Shown one piece after another: positions 39,251 to 48,568 of a stretch of 64,000 nt of DNA. Origin of the DNA: Candidatus Latescibacterota bacterium (GTDB lineage Bacteria > Latescibacterota > UBA2968 > UBA8231). The notes under the pieces are model-generated. The model saw nothing but the letters and a program-made list of their open reading frames with translations, did not search any database and was not told the origin of the DNA. Position numbers and translations under genes: made by a program. The number at the start of each line of letters is the position of its first letter. Position 1 is the first letter of the stretch. The stretch lies in contig CBDFJF010000001.1 of NCBI GenBank assembly GCA_965248265.1, positions 2,688,001 through 2,752,000 on the forward strand, read 5' to 3'.

Positions 39251-40594
39251 TCAGGTACAGCGGTCGACGACCTCCATGATCTCGGCGACCACGGTGTGAC
39301 CGAGCGATACTCGAAGTGCTTCTAAGCCGTTCTCATCCAGGTTGACCGCCCGCAGCACGGCGGGGTCGTAGTGACCACGTTCCTGCGGCAAGTATCCCAG
39401 ACCGAAATCCTTCGCCAGGTTGTCGGCCAGATGCACCAGGCACTGCAGAGCATTGGGCAGGGATTCTATATCGTTGTGCGTGGCCACTACCTTAACCACG
39501 TGTTCGCCCATCGCGGCCCTCATCAACAGTAGCTGCCCCACCTGCTGATGGGTGACGATATCCCCCAGACGCGCCTCCGCTTCGCGAAAGCTGACGTTGG
39601 TACCCGTCATCATCTGCTCAACCCGGTGGAAATAACTCCAGAAGAAGAACCCGAGGATGAGCTTGCCGACATCGTGCAACAAGGCGGCGACCCAGTACTC
39701 ACTAATGCCGATGTCGTTATCGAATTGTACAAGCCGCTCGCCGTAGATCTTGTCGGCGATATGGGCGCTGCCGACGGAATGGATCCAGAACCGTCTCAGA
39801 TCGAAGTGGCTCTCTTCCGGCTTGATTAGGCTGTTGATGAGCTTGATCTGCAGCGCGATACTGCCCAGCTTGCGGCGCCCTAGACGGACGATGGCTTCCT
39901 GGAGACTCCAATCGCCACGGTGACCGACGCCGGCGAAAGCCGGGGTATTGACGACCTGCAGCAACTTGTGAACGATGGCCGGGTCGCTGCGCAGGACTTC
40001 CTCCAACTGCTCCGGCGTCGAGTTGGCATCGCTGATCACCTCCATGATGCGGAGGACGACTTCGGGAAGCGTTGGAAGTGTATGCAGGTTGTTGAGCTGC
40101 TTCTCGACTCGTTTCTGCAGGATTCGGTAGGCGACATGTTGGGCGCGATCGAACAACCCGCCGATGCTGTTCTGCTCGAACACCTCTTCGATGCGCTCCC
40201 GCAAGGAGGCGCCAGCACCATGGGCCAACGCCCCTTCCCAGGTGATGACGTGAACATTGGGAAGTAGATCGACCGATTCCCCCTCGTCCAGCGCGCTCTC
40301 TGGAAGAACCAGAAACACAGGAACGGTTCCGTCTTTCGTAAACTTCGTCAGCGAGGCCTCCCCAACGGCCTGGTCCTGCACCAGAAAGACGTTGCGTATG
40401 AACTGGCCGCGCTCGCCGGAGGACAGCGTGGTAGCCTCACCGATGTGCCGGGCGAGAATGATGTTGAATCCGTAGAGGTAGTTGAGGACCAGACTAAGCC
40501 GTTTGACGAGCTCCTGCTGTTGCTCGCCCGGCTGTTGTACGATCAGGCCGTACTCGTCGCCGTCGTTGTCTGTGCCTGGCTTGTTCGTACTCAT
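39251..40594 (-). CDS. HDOD-domain signalling protein
   Basis: LPTLP...DPAI..KLL..VN, AIVRLG, FW.HS, ALLHDVGK. Confidence 0.9.
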   Translation of the reverse strand: MSTNKPGTDNDGDEYGLIVQQPGEQQQELVKRLSLVLNYLYGFNIILARHIGEATTLSSGERGQFIRNVFLVQDQAVGEASLTKFTKDGTVPVFLVLPESALDEGESVDLLPNVHVITWEGALAHGAGASLRERIEEVFEQNSIGGLFDRAQHVAYRILQKRVEKQLNNLHTLPTLPEVVLRIMEVISDANSTPEQLEEVLRSDPAIVHKLLQVVNTPAFAGVGHRGDWSLQEAIVRLGRRKLGSIALQIKLINSLIKPEESHFDLRRFWIHSVGSAHIADKIYGERLVQFDNDIGISEYWVAALLHDVGKLILGFFFWSYFHRVEQMMTGTNVSFREAEARLGDIVTHQQVGQLLLMRAAMGEHVVKVVATHNDIESLPNALQCLVHLADNLAKDFGLGYLPQERGHYDPAVLRAVNLDENGLEALRVSLGHTVVAEIMEVVDRCT

Positions 40595-40619
40595 GCGCTG
40601 AACCGATCCGTCTGTGGCC

Positions 40620-41789
40620 TCAGAATATGGTCGCGAGTTGGAAGCCTACCATATGATCGTCGTCGTCGGGAGCGTCCTTGTCCCAATAGTTCAACTGTAG
40701 AGAAGATTTGAGGCGAGTGTCGCGAGTAATGTAGTACTCGACCCCCGTCTCGACCCTTGTGATATCGTAGTCCCAGGCCTGTTCATCGCCGGAACTGCCA
40801 TCGTCGATCTTGTCGTAGCGGATACCGCCTACCCTGAAGGTGTAATTGAACCCCGGTTTCAGTGCAACTGTCCCTTCGACGTACCCACCGGTGTTCCCCA
40901 GGCTGCTCTCGCTCAGGTTGGGGACCTCCCACTGGTTTCGGAGCAGTTCGAAGAACAGCTCGCATCGCCACACGCTGTACTCTCCATCAATGCCGAACGC
41001 CAGCTGGTTGTAATCCTCAGATGATTTGCCAGCCGGCATATCGGGATCGGCAGCAGCTTGTTCACTCAGGTACGGTCCGTAGGCACCCGAGACTCCGAGC
41101 TTCCATCCCATCGTAGGCTGGATTCCCAGGCGACCGACGAGCTGAGCGCCGTCGTTGTTAGCGGCGTCCGGATTCGACAGGGCGCCCTTGGTGAGGGCTA
41201 TGCCGTAGGTGACTCGCTCGGACGAGCCGAAGAGCTGTACACCTGTGTTCCAGCAAGCATCGTAGACGATCGGTTGCCCTCGCGCCTGGTAATTCGGGCT
41301 GTCACGCCGACGCAGTTGCTCGGCGGTGTCGCCGGCGATGCTGCGGCCGCTGATGGCGGAGAAGTACTGGTAGATCAGTGGCGTGCCGATGACGGGATTG
41401 ACGGTGGCGAACGAGCGCGAGGCGAAGCTTCCGAACGGGGTTGCCATCTTGCCCGCGAGCAGGTTCACCATCGGACGCTGGCCGATCTCGTGGAAGATGA
41501 CGTAGGCACCCTCCAGGTCGAAATGCTGGAGCCCTTCGTCGTAAAGAGTGGTGGTGGAGGCCGTGATGCTCTCACTGATCTCGGCGTCCGCGAACACGCG
41601 AGCCCGGACCAGACTGAAAGGACTCTTGCCCTTGAGGCTCGAATTGATACGGGAGTTCAGCTCATTTGATGCTGAACCGACATCCTGCTTGTAGGCCAGG
41701 TCCAACGTGCCGGTGATCTCGATTTGAGCCGACGCTGCTCCCGCGAGCATACTGAGGGCCACGCTGATTCTCACAACTATGTTTGCCAT
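40620..41789 (-). CDS. Outer-membrane beta-barrel (porin-like) protein
   Basis: Signal peptide (ASA-Q), alternating amphipathic strands, AGK..TPFG motif, terminal Phe. Confidence 0.75.
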   Translation of the reverse strand: MANIVVRISVALSMLAGAASAQIEITGTLDLAYKQDVGSASNELNSRINSSLKGKSPFSLVRARVFADAEISESITASTTTLYDEGLQHFDLEGAYVIFHEIGQRPMVNLLAGKMATPFGSFASRSFATVNPVIGTPLIYQYFSAISGRSIAGDTAEQLRRRDSPNYQARGQPIVYDACWNTGVQLFGSSERVTYGIALTKGALSNPDAANNDGAQLVGRLGIQPTMGWKLGVSGAYGPYLSEQAAADPDMPAGKSSEDYNQLAFGIDGEYSVWRCELFFELLRNQWEVPNLSESSLGNTGGYVEGTVALKPGFNYTFRVGGIRYDKIDDGSSGDEQAWDYDITRVETGVEYYITRDTRLKSSLQLNYWDKDAPDDDDHMVGFQLATIF

Positions 41790-43477
41790 GACAACTCCGC
41801 CACTTCCATTTCCTCGGAAAATCCCTTGAACGCAATCATGTGCACTTCCTTCACCGGCACCTGGTCTTCCAGGCCGGCCAGCAGGGCCTGCGGAACCAGA
41901 ATCTGGCCGGGGGCCGCCACCTGCATCAGGCGAGCGCCAAGATTGACGGCAGCGCCGATGGCGGTGTAGTCGAGGCGATTCTGAGCACCCATGTTGCCGA
42001 GGATGACCGGGCCGAAGTTGACGCCCACACCGATGTCGAGGGGCACGTCGTCGGTGTCGTGTTCGACCTTGACCCGCCGTTGGATCTCGACGGCGCAGTC
42101 GATGGCTCGCTGAAGGGCATCCTCGCCGATGAACAGGGCCATCATCTCGTCGCCGACGAACTTGTCGATGGAACCGCCGTAATTCGGCACGATCTCCGCC
42201 TGAAAACCGAGATAGCGATTCAGCATCGAAATCACTTCCTCGGGAGAGCGCTTCTCACTATACGGAGTAAATCCGCGGATATCAGTGAACAGCACCGCCA
42301 GCTCGCGTCGTGATCCGCCGAGTGGAACCTCTTCTTCGGAGCCCTCGCTAATCATCTCCATGGTGTGCGAACCGACGTACTTCATCAGCTGCAGGCGTTC
42401 CCTCAGGTTGACGATCATGTCATTGAAGGTGCTCGTCAGCAGTCCGATCTCGTCTCGCGTCGTGGGCTTGAGCGACACCTTCAAGTTACCGCTCGTCACC
42501 TGATTCATGCCTTCGACCAGATGCATGATGGGGCGCGACATGGTGCGGCCGAGGACGAGAGCTAGGGCGATGGTGATGGCTAGGCTGATTCCTGCTGTGG
42601 CGTAAATATTGTTTTGAAGTGTCGTCAAAATTTCCAACTCGGCAGCACGCGGGACGGTTGCAATGTAATAGCCAGTGTCGCCGATATCTGATCCCAAGGG
42701 GCTGATGAAAGCGAATACCTCCTGACCTGCGAAGTCAGCTTCAAACACCTCGGTAGTGGCCGCTTTCACGGATGATACCACCTCGTCTACCTTTGACATC
42801 CATTTCTGTTGTAAACGCGCAAGCTCGGAAGCGGTGAGATTCTCAATCGTGGACGCGATCAGCTGATCGTCGACTACGAATGTGATATCAGTCTGCGATT
42901 CCCCCTTCAGCTGCTGAGCCTCGACCTCCGTAATGCGGGTGCCGAGGACCAGGGCTCCGATGACCTCTTCACCCCCCTTCCAGATCGGCACCGAGGCCAC
43001 CTGGAAGAGCTCCTCACCTTCATGCCATAGTTCGGGATCTTCATACTCGAGGTCACCGCCCTTGTCCAGAGCAAGTGATACGCTCGACCGCCGTTTCAGA
43101 CTTTCTCCGTGGCGCTCGGGATCGCCGAGCCAGGCCAGGACATTCCCGGAAAGGTTTGTGACGATGAACAGGTCGACGGTGGTGAGGCCGGAAAGCAGCT
43201 CGACGATGTAATAGGCGTCGGCTGGACTATCCAGCGCAATGTTGGCGATGAACGTCGAGTTCTCACCGATAAGATCGGCGGCGGTAAGCAGATTGATGTA
43301 GTGCAGATTCTGTTCGCGGCTGAGTGCCCGGTCTGACTCCTGAAAATCGAATTTGACTTTGTTGTAGATGGCGTCGGTCAAGGTCCGGCTCACCGAAGTG
43401 AGCACTCCTGCCAGGACAACAGCCGCCAGACCGGTTAGGAGGAGAAAGAGCTTGCTGCGAATTGAGAATCGCATCAT
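41777..43477 (-). CDS. Membrane class III adenylate cyclase with periplasmic sensor and HAMP domain
   Basis: Two TMs; HAMP RDEIG.L..TFN.M; FTDIRGFT, IDKFVGD, YTAIGAAVN.GAR. Confidence 0.93.
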   Translation of the reverse strand: MMRFSIRSKLFLLLTGLAAVVLAGVLTSVSRTLTDAIYNKVKFDFQESDRALSREQNLHYINLLTAADLIGENSTFIANIALDSPADAYYIVELLSGLTTVDLFIVTNLSGNVLAWLGDPERHGESLKRRSSVSLALDKGGDLEYEDPELWHEGEELFQVASVPIWKGGEEVIGALVLGTRITEVEAQQLKGESQTDITFVVDDQLIASTIENLTASELARLQQKWMSKVDEVVSSVKAATTEVFEADFAGQEVFAFISPLGSDIGDTGYYIATVPRAAELEILTTLQNNIYATAGISLAITIALALVLGRTMSRPIMHLVEGMNQVTSGNLKVSLKPTTRDEIGLLTSTFNDMIVNLRERLQLMKYVGSHTMEMISEGSEEEVPLGGSRRELAVLFTDIRGFTPYSEKRSPEEVISMLNRYLGFQAEIVPNYGGSIDKFVGDEMMALFIGEDALQRAIDCAVEIQRRVKVEHDTDDVPLDIGVGVNFGPVILGNMGAQNRLDYTAIGAAVNLGARLMQVAAPGQILVPQALLAGLEDQVPVKEVHMIAFKGFSEEMEVAELSWQT

Positions 43478-43489
43478 CAGCTTTGCCGG

Positions 43490-44203
43490 CTAAGGACTCA
43501 ACTCAAAGTGGCTTTCCACTCGAGCGCCCTCTTTCAGATGCACGGAAACAGCATCGGTGGTAAAGGCGGGATGGAACACCCGGATCTCGTACTCCCCGCT
43601 CGGAAGCCGCTCTATGGAGTAATTACCCGTGGAGTCGGGCGTGGTGTAGTACGGCGTGTCCAGACTCAGGATCGTCGCCGTCATCTGCGGATGGATGTCA
43701 CAAAACAGCTCAATGGCACCCACGGCCTCAATCTTCTGAGCATGCACTAAGCCGGTGCGCTTCCGCCCGATGTTGAAAGCCGCTCCCGGCGTCAGACTGA
43801 AGACATTGTGGTAAACCTTGTCCTTGTTGACGAACTCGACGGTGGATCCGACCGTCACCGGAAGCACGCGAGGCACGAAACTGACCTTCTCCTGGTCAAC
43901 TCGCAGCGAAGCAACAGCTTCAGGGGTCACCGAGAACGAGAACGGGTGGGCGCTGACGACGACATCGTTGAAGGACGACTTGGCCCCCCGCTGCTTTCCC
44001 TTCTCCTTGACTCCTCCGGAGAGCCGGCTGCGATAGGCGCTTCCGCGCAGGGTCCGTTTCTTTACTTTGGTGACCGGAACCGTCACGTGACCAGTGATAC
44101 TGCCTCCAGCGCTACCTTGGGGAGGCCCACCTTCCTCAGCAGCAACGCTGGCTCCCAGAAGAGCCCATGACAGCAAGATGCCGGCGATAGAGGTCGAGAT
44201 CAT
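43490..44203 (-). CDS. Secreted cupredoxin / carboxypeptidase-regulatory-like domain protein (MauL-like)
   Basis: FVPRVL.V..G.TV.F.N.D..HNVFS and FCDIHPQM (His, Cys, His, Met); G.Y.I..LP.G.Y tail. Confidence 0.85.
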   Translation of the reverse strand: MISTSIAGILLSWALLGASVAAEEGGPPQGSAGGSITGHVTVPVTKVKKRTLRGSAYRSRLSGGVKEKGKQRGAKSSFNDVVVSAHPFSFSVTPEAVASLRVDQEKVSFVPRVLPVTVGSTVEFVNKDKVYHNVFSLTPGAAFNIGRKRTGLVHAQKIEAVGAIELFCDIHPQMTATILSLDTPYYTTPDSTGNYSIERLPSGEYEIRVFHPAFTTDAVSVHLKEGARVESHFELSP

Positions 44204-44309
44204 GTGAGTGCGTGAGTAAGTGAGCTGCAATACATGGCTTTCGGTTGGTGTGAATGGGTCGTACAAGATACCGGTATCCGACGCCGTTTACAACACATTG
44301 ATAGCCCAC

Positions 44310-44338
44310 TTGCTGGCCGAGTGGACCATCGATATCAT
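44310..44338 (+). promoter_or_regulatory. Putative sigma70 promoter
   Basis: TTGCTG-N17-TATCAT. Confidence 0.45.
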
Positions 44339-44387
44339 TCTGTAATTACTGAAATTATTCACGATTACGGACCTTCGTGGAGTCGCG

Positions 44388-46358
44388 GTGGCATCACTGA
44401 AGAAACTACTGGCTGAAGTCCGGGAGCGCAGGGTTGAAATCCTTGGCAAGTACGATGAGGCCGCGCGGGAATTGCTGCGTATTGCCTGGATCGACGGACA
44501 TTTTGATCAGCGCGGACCGGAGCCCGTGCGCTGGCCCACAGCCTCTCGTGAGAGCAGCGCGGACACGCTCTCTGCCCTCGAAAAGCGCGCCCGTATCATC
44601 GACACCATCTACCAGGGCATGCCGGCCCGGCGAGACCGGCGATTGAGTGAATCCCACACCCGCTATGACCACCTCCTACCCGGTTACCACGAAGCCAATC
44701 GCATATACATCCAGGTGAAGCGCCAGTTCCTGGAGCGCGATGCCGGCTCCGATCGCGACTTTTTGCGCCTGTACCAAGAGGTCTACCTGGAAGCCCTGAG
44801 CCGTGAGAACCCCCTCCCACTCGATGATGCCGAGGCCGCACTGGTCGAGTTCCGCGTTGCCCGTGTGCCCCTTTCGCATGCGCAGGCCGCCGCCGAGGGC
44901 ATGCAGGCGCAAAACGGTTCCGACGATCCGCTGTGGAGTACCGAATTCAGCTATCAGTTGTCGGGTAAGCAGCTGCGGCAGCCGCTGCGCCAGATCCTGA
45001 TGACGGTCGCCGAGCGTGTCGTCGATGCCATGGCCGCGGGAGAGCATCTGGCCATCCGCTACAACACCTTCAGCAACTTCATCTGGTTCGGAATCTGCAT
45101 CTGGAAGGTGGTGACCGACTTGGAACTGTTGCTGGCGCGATTGCAGGGATCTGTGCGCCAGCGCTGGCTGGACAAGATGGGCAACTACGTGCTGTTGGCG
45201 CAGGGAATGCTGCTCAAGTTTCTGGAGGCTCATCTGGAGGACCCGGCCCAGATCCGGCCCAAAGAGTACTGGTATGGTCAGGATTACAGCTACCTCACCC
45301 GCGACATGATCGATCTGGTTGTGGGGTTGGTGAAACAGGGCAATCGTCTGAGAAGACGAACGCGGCGCCTCGATCTCAACGCCGTACCCGAACTCGAATT
45401 GCCGTCGCTGTTGTCTGGCCAGATGCCGGCAGGACGGTTTCTGGAGTACGACCATGTTGGGGTACAGAAACCGGACTCGCCGTGGCGCCGCCGTGCCAAA
45501 CTATTGAAGTGGGTGCGGCTCTTTCGCCGTGCCGGTGCCCGCAAGATGCAACTGCTGCACTCGGAGCCGGACGAAGGCCGCCGAATCGCTGCCGCCTGGG
45601 AGGCCAATCAGGAGTGGGCGGCCAGGTCCATGGAGGTCCTGGGCATTCAGGTGAACGTCGTCATCGACCCACGCTTTGCGTCCCTCGCCCGAGACCTCGA
45701 CCTGACCGGACGCCACAAGAGGGTCGTCTTCTTCCCAACCCATCAGAGCCTTCTCGACCACCCCGTCATGTACCGTGTGATGGAGTCTCCGCAGCTCCTC
45801 GAGGCCCTCGGATGGGACGCGCCGATCCCCTGCACGATTCCGTCGCGGCCGCGCTTGATGGCACAGACCGCTTTCAAAATCGGGAAACGCGAATTCTCCC
45901 TCATCGGACTCGACCCCACGACCTACGATCGCATCGCTGAGGAAGTCGACGGCTACGTTATCATGTACTCGCAGGACGCCCGCAATCCGATTCAGCGTTT
46001 TTCCAAGTTGCTCGACGAGCGCCCCGGAATCGTCTACGGAGCCGGCACCACTGCCGCCTTCGAGCTGCAGATCATGCCGATGCAGCACCTCCTATTCGCG
46101 TACCTGCCCGAAGACGTCGTTATCGTACCCATGGCCTTTCGCGGCATTCACTCACTGTGGCCGAAATGTCCCAAAGGCAATCTCAACGTCGGATCCGGTG
46201 TTGTGGAGGTGTATGTTTCTCCTCCCATGCTGGGAGAGACCACGTTGCTGCCACGCAAGCGATCCCTGCGCACTCAGCTCGAGCCGACCACCTTTTTCCA
46301 GGCCGCCCACATCGCCACGCTGTTGAATCCCGAGCCCGCCAGCCAGGGCAGTTCTTGA
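44388..46358 (+). CDS. Large protein with C-terminal PlsC-like acyltransferase domain
   Basis: FPTHQSLLD (HX4D), YGAGT at the FPEGT position, VVIVPMAF.G; unknown helical N-terminal region. Confidence 0.7.
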   Translation: MASLKKLLAEVRERRVEILGKYDEAARELLRIAWIDGHFDQRGPEPVRWPTASRESSADTLSALEKRARIIDTIYQGMPARRDRRLSESHTRYDHLLPGYHEANRIYIQVKRQFLERDAGSDRDFLRLYQEVYLEALSRENPLPLDDAEAALVEFRVARVPLSHAQAAAEGMQAQNGSDDPLWSTEFSYQLSGKQLRQPLRQILMTVAERVVDAMAAGEHLAIRYNTFSNFIWFGICIWKVVTDLELLLARLQGSVRQRWLDKMGNYVLLAQGMLLKFLEAHLEDPAQIRPKEYWYGQDYSYLTRDMIDLVVGLVKQGNRLRRRTRRLDLNAVPELELPSLLSGQMPAGRFLEYDHVGVQKPDSPWRRRAKLLKWVRLFRRAGARKMQLLHSEPDEGRRIAAAWEANQEWAARSMEVLGIQVNVVIDPRFASLARDLDLTGRHKRVVFFPTHQSLLDHPVMYRVMESPQLLEALGWDAPIPCTIPSRPRLMAQTAFKIGKREFSLIGLDPTTYDRIAEEVDGYVIMYSQDARNPIQRFSKLLDERPGIVYGAGTTAAFELQIMPMQHLLFAYLPEDVVIVPMAFRGIHSLWPKCPKGNLNVGSGVVEVYVSPPMLGETTLLPRKRSLRTQLEPTTFFQAAHIATLLNPEPASQGSS

Positions 46359-46389
46359 ACGACGGCCGCCGGACTCACTGCTTTTTTCT

Positions 46390-47652
46390 TCACCGTTCCC
46401 CTTCCCCGAAAAGGTGCACCCGGCCATACTCGCCATCGTAGCCCGAATCGATGCACACCTTACCGGCGCGCATCCGCCGTACCCCCTCGGCGACCAGCGA
46501 CTCCCCGCCTCGGCGCTCGATCTGCCCCGGTTCCAGCTCACGCAGGATGTGTAATTCAGGACCGAGCTCGGCCAGTAGAGTATGATAGATGGTCTGGACT
46601 CGCTTGCTTCCCGGTCCAACGCCGACGACGGCGCTGATCACCTCCGGCAACGGAATCAGGTGCTCGAAGCGGCGCGGTGGCGTGTTGATGGCTTCGGCCG
46701 CGGGCCGGTCGGCCAGGGTCTCGATTCGATGCAATACGCCAACCGTGAGCTGTCGTCCGCATTTGGGACAAACCCCCTGCGCGGCGATCGTTTGCGCAGG
46801 CTCCCAGCAGATACCGCATTTGCGATGCCCGTCGTGGTGATACTTCCCTTCCTCAGGATAGAACTCGATCGTGGTGGTGAAGCGGCTGGTATCACGCTGT
46901 CGCAATGCGTCGAGGATGGCCGGGTACGATAGCTCAGTGTCAAAGCACGTGGCTTCGCGACCCAGCTTGGGCGGCGAGTGCGCGTCCGAGTTGGAAACCA
47001 GCGTGAAGCGGTCGAGGGCGGTAAGCCTGCTGTGCATGGCCGGGTCGGACGACAACCCCGTCTCGACCGCGTATATGTACGGCAACAGATCCTCGAAACA
47101 CTCTTCCAGGCTGTCAAAGCCGGATTTGGACCCAAGAGCCGCAAAGTGAGGAGTCCAGATGTGCGCCGGGATGAAGAGGACGTCAGGACACACCTCAAGG
47201 CAGATCCCCAGCAGATCGCGACTGGCCAGGCCGAGAATCGGGCGTCCATCCGACTTGAGGTTGCCGATGGCTGCGAGCCGGCGGTTGAGTGCGTCGGCAC
47301 TGGCAAAGTCAGGCAAGGCGACGACATTGTGGACTTTGCGGGTGCGGCCGTTCTTCTTGTATATGGAGCTGATCTCCACCGTGAGGAGAAAACGCACGTC
47401 GCGCCGGCAGGAGGCATAGATCTCGTCGTCGACTGGCCGGGCCAGATTCGGCTTCAAGCGAAAAACTCCCTCTTGTGCCGGTTCCAGTTTCTGCTTGATC
47501 TCGGCCAGCCATTCGGGGTGGGTGAAATCGGCGGTGCCGACCAGGTCGATGCCCTTGAGCGCCGACCACCGGTGCAGGTTTTCGGGGGTCAGGTCTCGGC
47601 TGGTCGCGCGCGAATAGTGAGAGTGGAGATGTACATCAGCTACGAATGACAT
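46390..47652 (-). CDS. Endonuclease Q family protein (PHP domain, Zn finger, helical domain)
   Basis: ADVHLHSHYS, PAHIWTP, ETGLS, NSDAHS, GKYH...C..C...CP.C, GYDGEYG. Confidence 0.9.
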   Translation of the reverse strand: MSFVADVHLHSHYSRATSRDLTPENLHRWSALKGIDLVGTADFTHPEWLAEIKQKLEPAQEGVFRLKPNLARPVDDEIYASCRRDVRFLLTVEISSIYKKNGRTRKVHNVVALPDFASADALNRRLAAIGNLKSDGRPILGLASRDLLGICLEVCPDVLFIPAHIWTPHFAALGSKSGFDSLEECFEDLLPYIYAVETGLSSDPAMHSRLTALDRFTLVSNSDAHSPPKLGREATCFDTELSYPAILDALRQRDTSRFTTTIEFYPEEGKYHHDGHRKCGICWEPAQTIAAQGVCPKCGRQLTVGVLHRIETLADRPAAEAINTPPRRFEHLIPLPEVISAVVGVGPGSKRVQTIYHTLLAELGPELHILRELEPGQIERRGGESLVAEGVRRMRAGKVCIDSGYDGEYGRVHLFGEGER

Positions 47653-47690
47653 GACGCGTTGGCACTGTGATTGGGAGAAAGAGGTGTGAT

Positions 47691-47719
47691 ACAGTAGGCG
47701 AGTCAGTGTACACGCTCAA
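47691..47719 (-). promoter_or_regulatory. Putative sigma70 promoter for endonuclease Q gene
   Basis: TTGAGC-N17-TACTGT on minus strand. Confidence 0.35.
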
Positions 47720-47770
47720 CCACACAGGCACAATCGATCCTGAGATTTACCTCATGAAAGGGATTTACCG

Positions 47771-48520
47771 ATGACGAGATTTTCGGAACAGGTCGCACTT
47801 GTTACTGGCGGCGGCACAGGAATCGGGGAGGCCACCTGCCTGATGTTCGCCGAGGAAGGGGCCGCCGTGGCCGTCAACTACTCACGTTCGCAAGCTGAGG
47901 CGGAGGCCGTGGTGGCGAAAATCGAAAAAGCAGGTGGCCGCGCAGTGGCGCTCAAGGCGGATGTGTCCGAAGACGACCAGGTGTGCTCCATGGTGGATGA
48001 GGTCGTCGCGACTTTTGGTCGCCTGGACGTTCTAGTCAACAACGGGGGCACAACCGAGCGCGTGCCGTACACGGATCTGGACGGTATGACTGAGCAGGCC
48101 TGGGACCGCATCATGGCAGTCAATGCCAAGGGCACCTTCCTGTGTTCGCGGGCGGCCATAAAGGCGATGAAGAAACGGGGCTCCGGGCAGATCATCAACA
48201 CCACGTCGATTTCCGCCTACACCGGCCAGGGAAGCTGCATCGCCTACTCGGCTTCCAAAGCAGCCATCATCAACATCACCCGGGCTCTGGCGATCAGCCA
48301 GGCTCCGGATATTCGCGTCAACGCTGTGGCTCCTGGTGTGGTCGAAACCCGCTGGATAGCGGGCATGGAGGAATTCACTGAGCCCCACCGGGAAGCCACA
48401 CCGATGAAGAGGCTGGCCACGCCGGAGGATGTGGCGCTGGCCATTTTCGGCCTGGCGGTTAACGACTTCATCACCGGTAAAACGCTCTGCGTCGACGGCG
48501 GCCGCAGCCTGGTGTGCTAG
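47771..48520 (+). CDS. SDR family oxidoreductase
   Basis: TGGGTGIG, NNGG, YSASK, VAPG. Confidence 0.95.
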   Translation: MTRFSEQVALVTGGGTGIGEATCLMFAEEGAAVAVNYSRSQAEAEAVVAKIEKAGGRAVALKADVSEDDQVCSMVDEVVATFGRLDVLVNNGGTTERVPYTDLDGMTEQAWDRIMAVNAKGTFLCSRAAIKAMKKRGSGQIINTTSISAYTGQGSCIAYSASKAAIINITRALAISQAPDIRVNAVAPGVVETRWIAGMEEFTEPHREATPMKRLATPEDVALAIFGLAVNDFITGKTLCVDGGRSLVC

Positions 48521-48547
48521 GATTTCGTGCTAGGATGTCGTGTTAGG
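48514..48547 (+). repeat. Degenerate 13-bp tandem triplication over the SDR stop codon
   Basis: GTGCTAGGATTTC/GTGCTAGGATGTC/GTGTTAGG. Confidence 0.8.
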
Positions 48548-48568
48548 CATGCCCGTACGAGGGAGAGA

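Noticed and set aside
46390-47652. Endonuclease Q as a novel defence nuclease
   Set aside because: Matches a known DNA-repair family and has no defence-type neighbours.
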